A stretch of DNA of 38,650 nt from an uncultured Gammaproteobacteria bacterium (GTDB lineage Bacteria > Patescibacteriota > Microgenomatia > PFEM01 > CAYPPS01): positions 1-38,650 of the forward strand of contig CAYPPS010000004.1 of the NCBI GenBank assembly GCA_964412685.1, given 5' to 3'. The notes beneath the pieces are model-generated. The model saw only the letters and a list, made by a program, of their open reading frames with translations, was not told the DNA's origin and did no database searches. How positions within the stretch are numbered: the stretch's first letter is position 1; each line of letters begins with the position of its first letter. The position numbers and the translations under genes were made by a program. This document shows, piece after piece, positions 16,096-26,813 of the stretch.

Positions 16096-16566
16096 TCAAT
16101 TCAACACCACAATCGCTGCATTCAAAATCGTGGCAAAACTTACCCAGAGAAGATCTGGCACGAGAAGGTAAGCGGCCCATTTTGACAGTGGGTAAAACTT
16201 CTTTATAGTCATTGCAATTAGTGCCCACATTGCCACAATTATGATAAGCCCTAGCAATGGTGCCTTTAATCCAAAGAAAATTGGTGACCAGATGAAATTC
16301 AGCCCCAGTTGAGCGAGAAAATACATTCCGGCAGTCTTCACTTTCTTCTTTTTCCAGCCTTGTTTCCAAATCAGATAAAACGCAACGCCCATTAGGAAAT
16401 ACAAAAGTGTCCAAACTGGTCCAAAGAGCCAGTTGGGAGGAGAGAAGAAAGGCTTGTTGAGAGTAGCGTACCAAGTAGGGATGGCAGAGATAGTAAAAGG
16501 TGTTCCTAGGAACCCCACCAATTCACAACCAACGATGGAAATAATAAGTTTGGGCAAGTTTTTCAT
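16096..16566 (-). CDS. tspO: TspO/MBR tryptophan-rich sensory protein
   Basis: WYATLNKPFFSPPNWLFGPVWTLLYFLMG, five TM helices, Trp-rich. Confidence 0.85.
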   Translation of the reverse strand: MKNLPKLIISIVGCELVGFLGTPFTISAIPTWYATLNKPFFSPPNWLFGPVWTLLYFLMGVAFYLIWKQGWKKKKVKTAGMYFLAQLGLNFIWSPIFFGLKAPLLGLIIIVAMWALIAMTIKKFYPLSKWAAYLLVPDLLWVSFATILNAAIVVLN

Positions 16567-16690
16567 CTGTCTACAGTATGGAGTAAATTCGATAAGAGGG
16601 CAATCAATATTGTAGGAATCGATTCACTTCCTTTTTTTAGCTTGATTTATTGGGGAAATTCGCTCTTTTTTTGATTTCAGTCCGGTTATG

Positions 16691-16761
16691 AGCGGAGTGC
16701 GGGAGTCGAACCCGCCTTTCCACCTTGGGAAGGTGACGTTGAGCCGCTCAACTAACCCCGC
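16691..16761 (-). tRNA. tRNA-Gly (anticodon CCC)
   Basis: Reverse complement: GCGGGGTTAGTTGAGCGGCTCAACGTCACCTTCCCAAGGTGGAAAGGCGGGTTCGACTCCCGCACTCCGCT. Anticodon loop UUCCCAA. Confidence 0.85.
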
Positions 16762-16787
16762 TTTAGACGGCTTATTGTCCTTTTATT

Positions 16788-16796
16788 ATTCTAACA
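16788..16796 (-). promoter_or_regulatory. Extended -10 (TGTTAGAAT) upstream of tRNA-Gly
   Basis: The minus-strand TGTTAGAAT lies 26 nt upstream of the tRNA 5' end. Confidence 0.4.
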
Positions 16797-16819
16797 CTCT
16801 TGCGATAGAGAGAAAGACC

Positions 16820-17437
16820 TTATCGGGGAATAACTAGAGTATTTCCCGGATGAATTAGGCCTGGGTTTTCAAGATCATTCGCTTCTGCAATATCTGACCA
16901 ACGAAAACCGTCATCATAGGCTCTAACGGCAATTCGCCAGAGACTATCGCCTTCAACGATCTGATAGTTTTCATCACTGATATCATTAACTGTTTCTTGA
17001 ATTCCACCTTTCTCGATCTCTTCGCCAGCGAGAGTAATCACTTCAACTTTAGGAATAGTCAATTCTTGACCAATGGCAATCTTGTCGGCACTATTCAAGT
17101 TGTTCGCCTCAGCGATATCAACCCAATTGTAGCCCGAATTGTAGAATTTTTCCGCAATCAACCAAAGATGATCATTCTCTTTAACAGTGTAAACAGTCGG
17201 TAGTCCTTGAGGGACTAATTTACCTTCCTCTTCAATTAAAACCACTTCTTGTTCTTCTTGATTGGTTTCAGTTTCTGTTCCTGATTCAATTTGACCCTCT
17301 TGGTTTAAGGATCGAAAATAATTGAAGATCAAAGCGCCGATAACTACCACAACTACTATTCCCAAGAAAGTGCTGATTTTATTTTCGTTCGCTTTTAATT
17401 TATCAAAAATTCCTTCTTCTTTTCTTTTTTTAGGCAA
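16820..17437 (-). CDS. Membrane-anchored protein with two LysM domains
   Basis: TM helix, then two repeats: YTVKENDHLWLIAEKFY..WVDIAEANNL..IAIGQELTIP and YQIVEGDSLWRIAVRAY..WSDIAEANDL..IHPGNTLVIP. Confidence 0.85.
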   Translation of the reverse strand: MPKKRKEEGIFDKLKANENKISTFLGIVVVVVIGALIFNYFRSLNQEGQIESGTETETNQEEQEVVLIEEEGKLVPQGLPTVYTVKENDHLWLIAEKFYNSGYNWVDIAEANNLNSADKIAIGQELTIPKVEVITLAGEEIEKGGIQETVNDISDENYQIVEGDSLWRIAVRAYDDGFRWSDIAEANDLENPGLIHPGNTLVIPR

Positions 17438-17497
17438 TTAACATTACCTCCTTCCTGGGCAGAAGCTTGTCACGTTTTTCCTTTTAGCAAAACTTCG

Positions 17498-17575
17498 TGG
17501 CGGTCGCGACCGGACTCGAACCGGCGATCTCCACCTTGACAGGGTGGCGTGTTAAACCAACTACACTACGCGACC
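17498..17575 (-). tRNA. tRNA-Asp (anticodon GUC), CCA encoded
   Basis: Reverse complement: GGTCGCGTAGTGTAGTTGGTTTAACACGCCACCCTGTCAAGGTGGAGATCGCCGGTTCGAGTCCGGTCGCGACCGCCA. Confidence 0.9.
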
Positions 17576-17591
17576 TTTTAACTTACGCTTA

Positions 17592-17620
17592 AATATATCA
17601 AATAGCGGTATTTGAGTCAA
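17592..17620 (-). promoter_or_regulatory. Promoter of tRNA-Asp (-35 TTGACT, 17 bp, -10 TATATT)
   Basis: On the minus strand TTGACT is at 17615-17620 and TATATT at 17592-17597, 16 nt before the tRNA 5' end. Confidence 0.55.
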
Positions 17621-17679
17621 TCAGACTATAGGAGAAACATTGCACCTTCGGTAAGGGAGGTTATAATGGACAAAAGGAA

Positions 17680-19473
17680 ATGGCGGTTAAGAATTATTAC
17701 TTCAACAATCAACAAGTTACTCAAATTTTAAAAGAGACGGCGGCGGCACTTGAAGTTAAGGGTGAAAATCGATTCCGGATTAGAGCTTACGAAAGAGCCG
17801 CTACGGCAGTTGAACACGCAACGGTGGAAGTTAAAGATTTGTGGGATGAGGATAAATTAACCACTCTTTCCGGGATTGGCTCCAATATCGCTCAACATTT
17901 AAGCCAACTTTTCGAAAAGGGCCAAGTGAGCCATTTTAAGGAGCTAAAAAAAAACCTTCCTCCGGCAATGTTTAAATTCCTGGAAATTCCGGGAATTGGG
18001 CCCAAAACTGCCTTTAAATTAAGCCAAGAACTAGGGATCAAACGAACAGAGGGAGCAATTGGTAGGCTTAAAAAGGCCATTAAATTAAAAAAGATAAGAA
18101 AGATCGAGGGATTTGGAGAAAAAAGTGAGCAAGAAATCTTGGGAAATTTGAAAAGGAACAAAAAAACAGATTTGAAAAAGAGGATGTTGTTGCCTTACGC
18201 TTGGTTTTTGGCTCAAAAAGTGATTGATTATTTGAAACCAGAAAAGACGGTTTTGCAAATAGAGGCTTTGGGAAGCCTGAGAAGAAAAGTGGCTACCGTA
18301 GGAGATATTGATTTAGCTATTGCTTCCAAAAAATCAACTAAAGTAATAGAAAGACTAAAAAAATATCCGGAAATTGAAAAAATTGTGGTGGCTGGTAAAG
18401 ATACGGCTCGTTTTGTCTTGCGCTCAGGCAAGCAAGTTGATTTAAAAATAGTATCACCGGAGAGCTACGGAGCCTTACTCCAACATTATACTGGCTCAAA
18501 AGAGCACAATATTCATTTAAGAAAAATTGCCCAAAGTAGAGGAATGAGCCTGTCAGAATACGGAATTAAATTTCGAGGAAAGCTTAAACGGTATCGAAAA
18601 GAAGAAGAGTTTTACCGGGCTTTGGAAATGGATTGGATTCCACCAGAATTGAGAGAGGACAAAGGTGAAGTAAAAGCAGCCATGTCCGGAAAACTACCTA
18701 ATTTAGTCGATGAAAACGATATTAAAGGAGATTTACATCTTCATTCCGATTTTGCCATTGAACCGGGGCATGATTTAGGCCAGGCTTCTTTCGAAGAGAT
18801 TTTAAAGAAAGCGAAAGAATTGAATTACCAATATCTAGGTTTTTCTGAGCATAATCCGAGCCTGAGTCGGCATTCTAGCGCTCAGGCGATTGATTTGGTT
18901 AAAAAGAAACGAGAAATGATTGATGAAATAAATTATTCATTAGGAAAAAAGTTATCCATTAAAGTGCTAAATGGCCTTGAGATAGACATAAAAAAGAATG
19001 GAGAATTGGCTTTTCCTGACGAAGGAATGAAACATTTAGACTATGCGATTGCGTCTATTCATACTAATTTTAGTTTAACCAAGAAGGAAATGACCGATCG
19101 GGTTTTAAAAGGTCTTTCTCATCCTAAAGTAAGATTTTTAGCCCATCCGACTACCCGTAAATTAGGAGAACGAGAGGGGATAGAGCTTGATTGGGAACAA
19201 CTTTTTGACTTTTGCAAACAGAATGACAAGTTTTTGGAGATTTCTTCTTGGCCTCAACGATTAGATTTGCCAGATTTTCTTGTTAAGCAGGCTGTGAAAA
19301 GTGGTGTGAAAATGGTGATTAATAGTGATTCTCATGCTTTGTCGCATCTAGAATTGATGTCCTATGGGGTTTCGGTTGCTCGTAGAGGATGGGCGCAAAA
19401 AAGTGATATACTTAACACTCTGGAGTGGTCGGGATTTAAGAAAAAGTTTTTAAAACAAGATGGAACTAGATAA
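17680..19473 (+). CDS. polX: Family X DNA polymerase with C-terminal PHP domain
   Basis: HhH repeats ([18 protein letters not shown]), [17 protein letters not shown] nucleotidyltransferase motif, and a PHP domain (DLHLHSDF ... SEHN ... NSDSH). Confidence 0.9.
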   Translation: MAVKNYYFNNQQVTQILKETAAALEVKGENRFRIRAYERAATAVEHATVEVKDLWDEDKLTTLSGIGSNIAQHLSQLFEKGQVSHFKELKKNLPPAMFKFLEIPGIGPKTAFKLSQELGIKRTEGAIGRLKKAIKLKKIRKIEGFGEKSEQEILGNLKRNKKTDLKKRMLLPYAWFLAQKVIDYLKPEKTVLQIEALGSLRRKVATVGDIDLAIASKKSTKVIERLKKYPEIEKIVVAGKDTARFVLRSGKQVDLKIVSPESYGALLQHYTGSKEHNIHLRKIAQSRGMSLSEYGIKFRGKLKRYRKEEEFYRALEMDWIPPELREDKGEVKAAMSGKLPNLVDENDIKGDLHLHSDFAIEPGHDLGQASFEEILKKAKELNYQYLGFSEHNPSLSRHSSAQAIDLVKKKREMIDEINYSLGKKLSIKVLNGLEIDIKKNGELAFPDEGMKHLDYAIASIHTNFSLTKKEMTDRVLKGLSHPKVRFLAHPTTRKLGEREGIELDWEQLFDFCKQNDKFLEISSWPQRLDLPDFLVKQAVKSGVKMVINSDSHALSHLELMSYGVSVARRGWAQKSDILNTLEWSGFKKKFLKQDGTR

Positions 19474-22069
19474 ATTTACTCAAAAAGCTCAGGAAGCCTT
19501 AATTAACGCTCAGAATAAGGCAAAAGAAGAAAAAAATGCTCAAGTAGAACCACTTCATTTGCTTTTCTCTCTTCTTGAGGATCCTCTAGGAATTCCGGTT
19601 TCCCTTTTAAAACAATTAGGCGTGGCGGTTGATCAATTATCTCAAGAAGTGGAAAAAGAAATAAGATCCTTGCCTCAAATAGAACAAGATCCCGGTCAAC
19701 GCTTCGACTCTCAATTTCAAAGCTTAATCAATGAGGCACAAAAAGAAGCTCAGACTCAAGGAGACGAATTTGTTTCCACCGAGCATCTGTTTTTGTCTCT
19801 TTTTTCTGTTAATGGAACCAGTAAGATATTAAACCGATTGGGTTTAGATCAAAAGAAGCTCAAAGAAGTTTTGGTCAAGATAAAAGGAGAGCAAAAAGCC
19901 GATTCCCCTCATCCCGAAGGGAAATATCAGGCTTTAGACAAATATACCGTTAATTTGACCGAACTGGCTAAAAACGGCAAAATTGATCCAGTCATCGGCC
20001 GGGATCAAGAAATTAGACGCTTAATGCAGGTTCTGTCTAGACGGACAAAAAACAATCCCATCTTACTTGGTGCTCCTGGAGTTGGAAAAACGGCCATTGC
20101 TGAAGGCTTGGCGATTAGGATTGTTGATAAAGACGTTCCTGAAATTTTAACTGAGAAAGAATTAATTTCTTTGGATTTAGCCTCTATTTTAGCTGGAGCC
20201 AAATTCAGAGGAGAGTTTGAAGAGCGTTTGAAAGCGGTCTTGAAAGAAATAGAGAAAGCTGAAGGTAAATATATTCTCTTTATTGACGAAGTCCATGTTT
20301 TAGTTGGGGCAGGAGGAGCAGAAGGGTCAATTGATGCTTCCAATATGTTGAAGCCGGCTTTGGCGAGAGGAAGCTTGCGAGCCATTGGGGCGACAACTTT
20401 AAGCGAGTATCGAAAATATATTGAAAAAGATGCTGCTTTAGCAAGGAGATTTCAGCCGATTTTGATTGATGAGCCCAGCCCGGCTGATACTTTGGCAATT
20501 CTTAGGGGGATCAAGGAACGTTATGAACTTCATCATGGAGTAAGAATCAGAGATGAGGCTTTAGCGGCGGCGGTTAATCTTTCTCGGCGTTACATTACCG
20601 ATCGATTTTTACCAGACAAAGCGATCGATTTAATCGATGAGGCGGCGGCAAGTATCAAAATTGAGGCAGAGAGTTTGCCAGCAGAATTGGATCAGCTCAA
20701 GAGAGAGTTAACTCAAGAAGAAATAGAACTGGCAGCCTTGAAGAAAGAAAATGGAACTCAATCCAAAGAGCGCTTGAAGATGCTTAAAAAGAGCGTGGCC
20801 AACAAGAAAGAGGTTTTGGGAGCTCGTCAATCAGTTTGGCAAAAACAAAAAGATCTGAGGCAGAAAGCAAAAGGGATAAATAAAAAACTGGAAAGCTCTC
20901 AACAGCGTTTAGATGAAGCTGAACGAGGAGTTGATTTAGAGAAAGCGGCAGAGATTAAATATGGCCAAATTCCTCAACTCAAAAAAGATCTGGTTAATTT
21001 AGAGAAAGAATGGGACAAGATACCGGAAGAAGAGCGATTAATAAAAGAAGAGGTTTCTTCTCAAGACATCGCTTCGATTGTTTCTCGTTGGACGGGAATT
21101 CCGGTTACCAGATTGCTTTTAACAGAAGTAAAAAGACTAAAGAATTTAGAGAAAGAAATTGAACAAAGGGTTGTTGGACAAGATCAGGCGGTTAAAGAAG
21201 TTGCCAATGCGATTCGTCGTTCGCGGGTCGGCATTGGTGAGCCTAATCGACCGATCGGTGCTTTCCTTTTCTTGGGACCAACTGGGGTTGGAAAAACAGA
21301 ATTAGCTCGAGCTTTGGCTTTTAATCTTTTCAATGACGAAGCGGTGTTGGTTAGGATTGACATGAGTGAATATCAGGAACGCCACGCGGTTGCTCGATTG
21401 ATAGGAGCACCGCCCGGATATGTTGGCTATGAAGAAGGTGGACAATTGACTGAGGCGGTAAGGAGAAAGCCTTACAGTGTCATTTTGCTCGACGAAATCG
21501 AAAAAGCCCATCCCGATGTCTTTAACCTCTTTTTGCAACTCTTTGACGAAGGTCGATTAACTGATGGCCAGGGACGGACAGTCGATTTCAAGAACACAAT
21601 CATTATCATGACTTCCAACTTGGGGGCTCAAATAATTCGTCAAGGTTTTTCAGAGAATCGAGTCAAAACCGAAAAAGAAGTGATGGAACTAGTAAATTCT
21701 CATTTCCGACCTGAATTTCTCAACCGACTTGATCAAATTATCATTTTTTCTCCTCTGGACAAAAAGGAACTGGAAGAGATTGTGGAAATCCAATTAGAAA
21801 GACTGAATCAACGTTTGAAGGAAAAACGGATTAAATTGGTTGCCAATCAGAAAACCAAAGAATGGTTGGTTGAGAAAGGTTACGATCCTTCTTTCGGAGC
21901 TCGGCCTCTAAAACGCTTGATTCAAACGACAATTTTAGATAAATTGGCTTTGGCCCTACTTGATGATCAAGTTCAAGAAGGACAGAAGGTTAATCTGGAA
22001 GTGAAGAATGATCAAATAATTTTAATCCCGTTCCAAAAGCGGGACAAAACGAAAGGAGGTGAACAATAA
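19460..22069 (+). CDS. clpB: ATP-dependent chaperone ClpB
   Basis: Clp N domain, two AAA+ modules ([15 protein letters not shown]; [15 protein letters not shown]) and a coiled-coil middle domain. 869 aa. Confidence 0.95.
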   Translation: MELDKFTQKAQEALINAQNKAKEEKNAQVEPLHLLFSLLEDPLGIPVSLLKQLGVAVDQLSQEVEKEIRSLPQIEQDPGQRFDSQFQSLINEAQKEAQTQGDEFVSTEHLFLSLFSVNGTSKILNRLGLDQKKLKEVLVKIKGEQKADSPHPEGKYQALDKYTVNLTELAKNGKIDPVIGRDQEIRRLMQVLSRRTKNNPILLGAPGVGKTAIAEGLAIRIVDKDVPEILTEKELISLDLASILAGAKFRGEFEERLKAVLKEIEKAEGKYILFIDEVHVLVGAGGAEGSIDASNMLKPALARGSLRAIGATTLSEYRKYIEKDAALARRFQPILIDEPSPADTLAILRGIKERYELHHGVRIRDEALAAAVNLSRRYITDRFLPDKAIDLIDEAAASIKIEAESLPAELDQLKRELTQEEIELAALKKENGTQSKERLKMLKKSVANKKEVLGARQSVWQKQKDLRQKAKGINKKLESSQQRLDEAERGVDLEKAAEIKYGQIPQLKKDLVNLEKEWDKIPEEERLIKEEVSSQDIASIVSRWTGIPVTRLLLTEVKRLKNLEKEIEQRVVGQDQAVKEVANAIRRSRVGIGEPNRPIGAFLFLGPTGVGKTELARALAFNLFNDEAVLVRIDMSEYQERHAVARLIGAPPGYVGYEEGGQLTEAVRRKPYSVILLDEIEKAHPDVFNLFLQLFDEGRLTDGQGRTVDFKNTIIIMTSNLGAQIIRQGFSENRVKTEKEVMELVNSHFRPEFLNRLDQIIIFSPLDKKELEEIVEIQLERLNQRLKEKRIKLVANQKTKEWLVEKGYDPSFGARPLKRLIQTTILDKLALALLDDQVQEGQKVNLEVKNDQIILIPFQKRDKTKGGEQ

Positions 22070-22666
22070 GTGAATTCATTACTAATTCTTTTAATTTTTG
22101 CGGTTGTCGTTGGCGGTTATCTTTGGACTGTTTACAATCGTTTTATCAGTACTAAAGCAAGAATCAAGGCTTCGATTCAAGAGATTGCTAATCAGCTCAA
22201 GCGACAGGCAAATCTTATTCCTAATTTAACTGCTTCGGTCAAAGGTTACATGAAGCATGAATCCAAGATTTTTAAAGCCCTAACTGAGGCCAGAAAAATG
22301 GTAACCAAGCTTAATGCAGCCAGCAGTCCGAAAACATTAATCGAGGCTTCAAGTCAATTACAATCAGCTTTGCAGCCGATCAGAGTGGTTTTGGAATCGA
22401 CCCCAGAGCTTAAAGCCGCGGGTCCAACCAGTAAACTAATGGACGAATTGAGAGATACGGCCGATAAAGTGATGTACTCGAGAAGAACTTTGATTGATTT
22501 GACGGCCGATTACAACATTATGCGTCAAACATTTCCTTCTAACTTGGTGGCCAATTTGTTTAGTTTTAAGGCTCAACCAGGCCTATCTTCCCAATCAGCG
22601 GAAGCAGAGAAAGAAATGACTGAGGTCAGCAAGGGAGAAGTGAAAACTCCTAAAGTAGACCTTTAA
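22070..22666 (+). CDS. lemA: LemA family protein
   Basis: TM helix + YNRFISTKARIKASIQEIANQLKRQANLIPNL + RRTLIDLTADYN. GTG start. Confidence 0.85.
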   Translation: MNSLLILLIFAVVVGGYLWTVYNRFISTKARIKASIQEIANQLKRQANLIPNLTASVKGYMKHESKIFKALTEARKMVTKLNAASSPKTLIEASSQLQSALQPIRVVLESTPELKAAGPTSKLMDELRDTADKVMYSRRTLIDLTADYNIMRQTFPSNLVANLFSFKAQPGLSSQSAEAEKEMTEVSKGEVKTPKVDL

Positions 22667-22678
22667 GAAAAGGAAAAA

Positions 22679-23569
22679 ATGATAAATGTCTATGAGGCAG
22701 TTGATGCCAACAAGAGAAAAAGTTTTTTGGTGGTTGGTTTTTTCGCCCTTTTTATCGCTTCGGCGGGATGGGCTTTTGTTTGGCTGACCGATTTGAGCCC
22801 CGGTTTGGTTATCGTGGCTTTTTTCATTGCCATCGGGACAAGTTTTTCCGGTTATTGGTGGTCAGACAAAATTGTCCTTTCTTTGACCGGAGCCAAGAAA
22901 GCCGAAAGAAAAACTAACTTTAATTTTTACACCGTGGCTGAGAATTTGAGTTTGGTAGCCCAAATCCCAAAACCTGAACTTTATGTTATTGACAGTCCTT
23001 CTCCTAACGCTTTCGCTACGGGGAGAGATATTGATCATGCCGCTTTGGTGGTAACCCAAGGGCTTCTGAATAAATTAAATCGAAGTGAATTAGAAGGAGT
23101 TGTTGGTCACGAAATTGCTCACATCAAATCTTACGACACCAGGCTAATGGTGGTGGTTTCGGTTTTAATCGGAACGCTCGCCATCTTAAGTAATTTTTTC
23201 TTGAGAAGTTCTTTTGGTTCCAACAGGGAAGATAGAAAGAGTGGGGGAGTCTTATTTTTTGTCGGTCTAATCCTAATCATTCTTTCTCCTTTGATTGCCC
23301 AATTAATTCAATTAGCCATTTCCAGAAGACGGGAATACAGCGCCGACGCTTTAAGTGTTAAATTAACTCGTAATCCAGGAGCTCTAGCTTCGGCTCTTGA
23401 AAAGATAAGCCGAGATCGAACTCCGTTTAAACAAGCCAATAATGCTACCGCTCATCTTTTTATCAGTAATCCATTTAAAGGCAGACAAGCAACTTCTTGG
23501 TTGGTAAAAATCTTTAATACCCATCCACCGATTGCGGATAGGATTAAAGCTCTGGAGGCAATGGAATGA
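22679..23569 (+). CDS. htpX: M48 zinc metalloprotease HtpX-like
   Basis: HEIAHIKSYD zinc motif, four TM segments, REYSADA and THPPIADRI. Confidence 0.9.
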   Translation: MINVYEAVDANKRKSFLVVGFFALFIASAGWAFVWLTDLSPGLVIVAFFIAIGTSFSGYWWSDKIVLSLTGAKKAERKTNFNFYTVAENLSLVAQIPKPELYVIDSPSPNAFATGRDIDHAALVVTQGLLNKLNRSELEGVVGHEIAHIKSYDTRLMVVVSVLIGTLAILSNFFLRSSFGSNREDRKSGGVLFFVGLILIILSPLIAQLIQLAISRRREYSADALSVKLTRNPGALASALEKISRDRTPFKQANNATAHLFISNPFKGRQATSWLVKIFNTHPPIADRIKALEAME

Positions 23570-23871
23570 AGCAAGCAAAAATAAAGATCGATAAAGAAAC
23601 GGTTAAAAAAACAGCTCGACTGGCGAATTTAACTTTGGCAAAAAAAGAACTGGATGAATTGACGAATCAATTGAAAGAGATTGTCGCTTTTGTTGAAAAA
23701 TTAAACGAAGTAGATACGGTTTCAGTGGAACCCACCAGCCAAGTAACAGGATTAGAGAATGTTTGGCGTCGGGATAAAGTTGAGCCCAGTTTGAAGTCAG
23801 TTGAAGCTTTGAAAAACACCAAAGCAACCCAAGACGGTCGTTTTAAAGTTAAGGCAATTTTGAATAAATAA
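23566..23871 (+). CDS. gatC: Asp/Glu-tRNA amidotransferase subunit C
   Basis: VKKTARLANLTLAKKELDELTNQLKEIVAFVEKLNEVD. It sits immediately upstream of gatA. Confidence 0.85.
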   Translation: MKQAKIKIDKETVKKTARLANLTLAKKELDELTNQLKEIVAFVEKLNEVDTVSVEPTSQVTGLENVWRRDKVEPSLKSVEALKNTKATQDGRFKVKAILNK

Positions 23872-25265
23872 TGGAATTAGATAATTTGACCGCCATTTCG
23901 GCTTTAGAAAGATTAAAAACCAAATCGATCAGTTGTCGAGAATTGGTTGAATTTTTTTTGGAAAAGATCGAAACGGAAAACCCAAAGATAAATGCTTTTT
24001 TGACTGTTTGTCGAGATGAGGCTTTGGGACAAGCTAAAGAGATTGATGAAGAAATTGCCAAGAACGGCTCAGAGGCATTTATCGGCAAACCGCTTCTAGG
24101 ATTGCCTATTGCTTTGAAAGATATCTTTTCAACCAAAGGGGTTAAAACAACGGCTGCTTCAAAAGTATTGGAAAATTACATTCCTTCTTTTGATGCTACT
24201 GTCGTTTCCAAATTGAAAACAGCGGGAGCAATTATTCTGGGAAAAACTAATTTGGATGCTTGGGCTCATGGTTCTTCAGGGGAAAATTCTGCCTTCGGAC
24301 CGACTAAAAATCCTCACGATTTGACTCGAGTTTCCGGTGGTTCGAGTAGTGGTTCAGGAGCGGCAGTGGGAGCTAATTTAGTCTTAGGAGCGACGGGAAC
24401 GGATACCGGTGGATCAATTAGACTTCCAGCTTCTTTCTGTGGAGTAGTTGGTTTAAAACCAACTTACGGTCGGGTTTCTCGTTACGGTATCATTGCCATG
24501 GCTTCTTCGTTCGATTCAATTGGTCATTTGACCAAAACAGTCGCTGATTCGGCTTTGATCTTAGGGGTCACAGCTGGTAAAGATCCTCGAGATGCTACCA
24601 CTTTGAAAGAACCAGTGGGTGATTATCTTAAAGTTTTAGAGCAGAAGAAGGCTGGACTAAAGATTGGTTTGCCAAAGGAGTTTTTTAGTCAAGAAATTGA
24701 TCCCAAAGTGAAAAGCTTAATTTCTGAAAAAGCAAAACGATTAGAGAAACAAGGTTTTACTTTGAAAGAAGTCTCTCTTTCTCTTACTCCTTACGCTCTG
24801 CCAGCTTATTATATTATTCAGTCGGCAGAAGTTTCTTCTAACTTGGCTCGCTTTGACGGAATTCGTTTTGGCAATGGTCGGGATGCTTTTGGAGCAGAAG
24901 CAAAAAGGCGAATCATGTTAGGAACTTACACTCTATCAGCCGGCTATTACGAAGCTTATTATTTAAAAGCGATGAAAGTGAGAACTTTGATTTGTCAAGA
25001 GTTTGAAAAAGTTTTTGATCAAGTGGATTTACTTTTGGGACCAGTTTCCCCTTCTTTACCATTTAAATTGGGTGAAAAAATGAATGATCCGATAAAAATG
25101 TATCTCTCTGATGTTTTGAACGTACCGGTCAATTTAGCGGGCTTACCAGCCCTGTCGATTCCTGTCGGCCAAGTAGATAATTTACCTGTTGGTGCTCAGT
25201 TGATTGGGCCGCAATTGTCAGAAGAAAAATTATTCCAAGTTGGAAGAGTGATAGAAGAGTTATGA
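23871..25265 (+). CDS. gatA: Asp/Glu-tRNA amidotransferase subunit A
   Basis: Amidase signature GGSSSGSGAAV...GTDTGGSIRLPASFCG. Confidence 0.95.
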   Translation: MELDNLTAISALERLKTKSISCRELVEFFLEKIETENPKINAFLTVCRDEALGQAKEIDEEIAKNGSEAFIGKPLLGLPIALKDIFSTKGVKTTAASKVLENYIPSFDATVVSKLKTAGAIILGKTNLDAWAHGSSGENSAFGPTKNPHDLTRVSGGSSSGSGAAVGANLVLGATGTDTGGSIRLPASFCGVVGLKPTYGRVSRYGIIAMASSFDSIGHLTKTVADSALILGVTAGKDPRDATTLKEPVGDYLKVLEQKKAGLKIGLPKEFFSQEIDPKVKSLISEKAKRLEKQGFTLKEVSLSLTPYALPAYYIIQSAEVSSNLARFDGIRFGNGRDAFGAEAKRRIMLGTYTLSAGYYEAYYLKAMKVRTLICQEFEKVFDQVDLLLGPVSPSLPFKLGEKMNDPIKMYLSDVLNVPVNLAGLPALSIPVGQVDNLPVGAQLIGPQLSEEKLFQVGRVIEEL

Positions 25266-25444
25266 AAAAAACTTATCGACGAATAATTAAAAATAAAAAT
25301 TTTACTCGTGTGTGGATCGTCCAAATGGCATCGATGATCAGCGCTTTTACGTTGAATTTTGTTATTAGGAGGTTTGGTGATTTTTGTCGTTGGTCGATTA
25401 GCTTATCGCCATCAAAGGTTAATTTTAGGATTCAGCAACAGTAA
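25262..25444 (+). pseudogene. Relic of an MFS transporter gene wedged between gatA and gatB (60-codon ORF)
   Basis: NKNFTRVWIVQMASMISAF resembles an MFS N-terminus. A second frame reads LLGGLVIFVVGRLAYRHQRLILGF. ATGA overlaps the gatA stop and TAATG overlaps the gatB start. Confidence 0.4.
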
Positions 25445-26772
25445 TGGAAACTAAAAAGTTGAGAACAATCATTGGTTTAGAAATCCACGTTGAATTAAAA
25501 ACTAAGTCAAAAATGTTTTGTGGTTGTTCCACTGACCATTTTGGTAAAAAACCAAACACTCACACTTGTCCAGTTTGCTTGGGTTTGCCGGGAGCTTTGC
25601 CAGTTCCCAATCGAAAAGCAATTGAATGGAGCTTGATGGCTGGCTTGTCTTTGGGCTGTCAAACAAATTCTCTTTCTAAATTTGATCGAAAAAGTTATTT
25701 TTATCCCGATCTTCCCAAGGGATATCAGATCAGCCAGTACGATTTACCCTTTTCTTATTCTGGAAAAGTTGAAACTGAAAAGAAAGAGATTGGCATTACT
25801 CGAGTTCATTTGGAAGAAGATACTGCTAAATTAATTCATCGAAACGGAGTGAGCCTAATTGATTTTAATCGCTCCGGTGTTCCTTTGATGGAAATTGTCA
25901 CCGAACCAGAGATTGACTCGCCTGAATTAGCCAAGATTTTCCTAAAAGAACTCCAAACGAAATTGCGCCATCTGAAAATTTCTGATTGTGACATGGAGAA
26001 AGGCTCAATGCGATTGGAAGCTAACATTAGTTTAAGTCAAAATGATCAACTGCCGGGCTACAAGGTTGAGGTTAAAAATCTAAACTCTTTTCGTTTTGTT
26101 GAACGATCAATCCGTTTTGAAGTAGAACGCCAAAAAGAGATTCTGGCTCAAGGTGAGACTCCTCTTCAAGAGACTCGAGGTTGGGACAGCAAGACTCAAT
26201 CGACCTATTCTCAACGACAAAAAGAAGAGGCCAAAGATTATCGTTACTTTCCAGAACCCGATATTCCTCCAATTAATCTGAAGACTTCTTCTCAGAGTGA
26301 ACAACCGCTTGATTTAGAACAAATCAAGAAACAACTCCCGGAATTGTCTCAGAGAAAAGAGGCTCGTTTTCAAGAGGATTATGGTTTAAGGCCAGATCAG
26401 GCTAAGATTTTAAGTCAAAATCCTCAAACGGCCGATTTTTTTGACCGAGTCGCCAAAGTAGCCAAGAAAAAGGGGCTTGAAATAAAAGCGGTTGCCAATG
26501 CTATGATAAACAAGAAGATTAATTGGCAGGAAATAAGTCCGGAGGACTTGGTGGAGCAGCTTTCAAAAGCAGGTCAAAAGAAAATCTTGACTGCTTCTGC
26601 GTTGAAAGAGGTTGTTGGCCGAGTGATTAAAAATAACTCTAAACCAGTGGCTGATTTCAAAAAAGGACAACAGGGAGCGATTGAGTTTTTGGTCGGTTTA
26701 GTAATGAAAGAAACCAAAGGGCAGGCAAACCCCAATCAAGTGCGGCAGGAAATTTCTCGACAGTTAGCTTAA
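25444..26772 (+). CDS. gatB: Asp/Glu-tRNA amidotransferase subunit B
   Basis: IGLEIHVELKTKSKMFCGC...CPVCLGLPGALP, HLEEDTAKL, and a C-terminal YqeY-like domain. Confidence 0.95.
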   Translation: METKKLRTIIGLEIHVELKTKSKMFCGCSTDHFGKKPNTHTCPVCLGLPGALPVPNRKAIEWSLMAGLSLGCQTNSLSKFDRKSYFYPDLPKGYQISQYDLPFSYSGKVETEKKEIGITRVHLEEDTAKLIHRNGVSLIDFNRSGVPLMEIVTEPEIDSPELAKIFLKELQTKLRHLKISDCDMEKGSMRLEANISLSQNDQLPGYKVEVKNLNSFRFVERSIRFEVERQKEILAQGETPLQETRGWDSKTQSTYSQRQKEEAKDYRYFPEPDIPPINLKTSSQSEQPLDLEQIKKQLPELSQRKEARFQEDYGLRPDQAKILSQNPQTADFFDRVAKVAKKKGLEIKAVANAMINKKINWQEISPEDLVEQLSKAGQKKILTASALKEVVGRVIKNNSKPVADFKKGQQGAIEFLVGLVMKETKGQANPNQVRQEISRQLA

Positions 26773-26813
26773 AAAAGTTTCGGACTTTCAGTCCGAAGAA
26801 GTCTATTAAATCA

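Noticed and set aside
16067-16474. 135-aa minus-strand ORF overlapping tspO.
   Set aside because: It is an alternative frame of the well-supported TspO gene (16096..16566) and has no motif.
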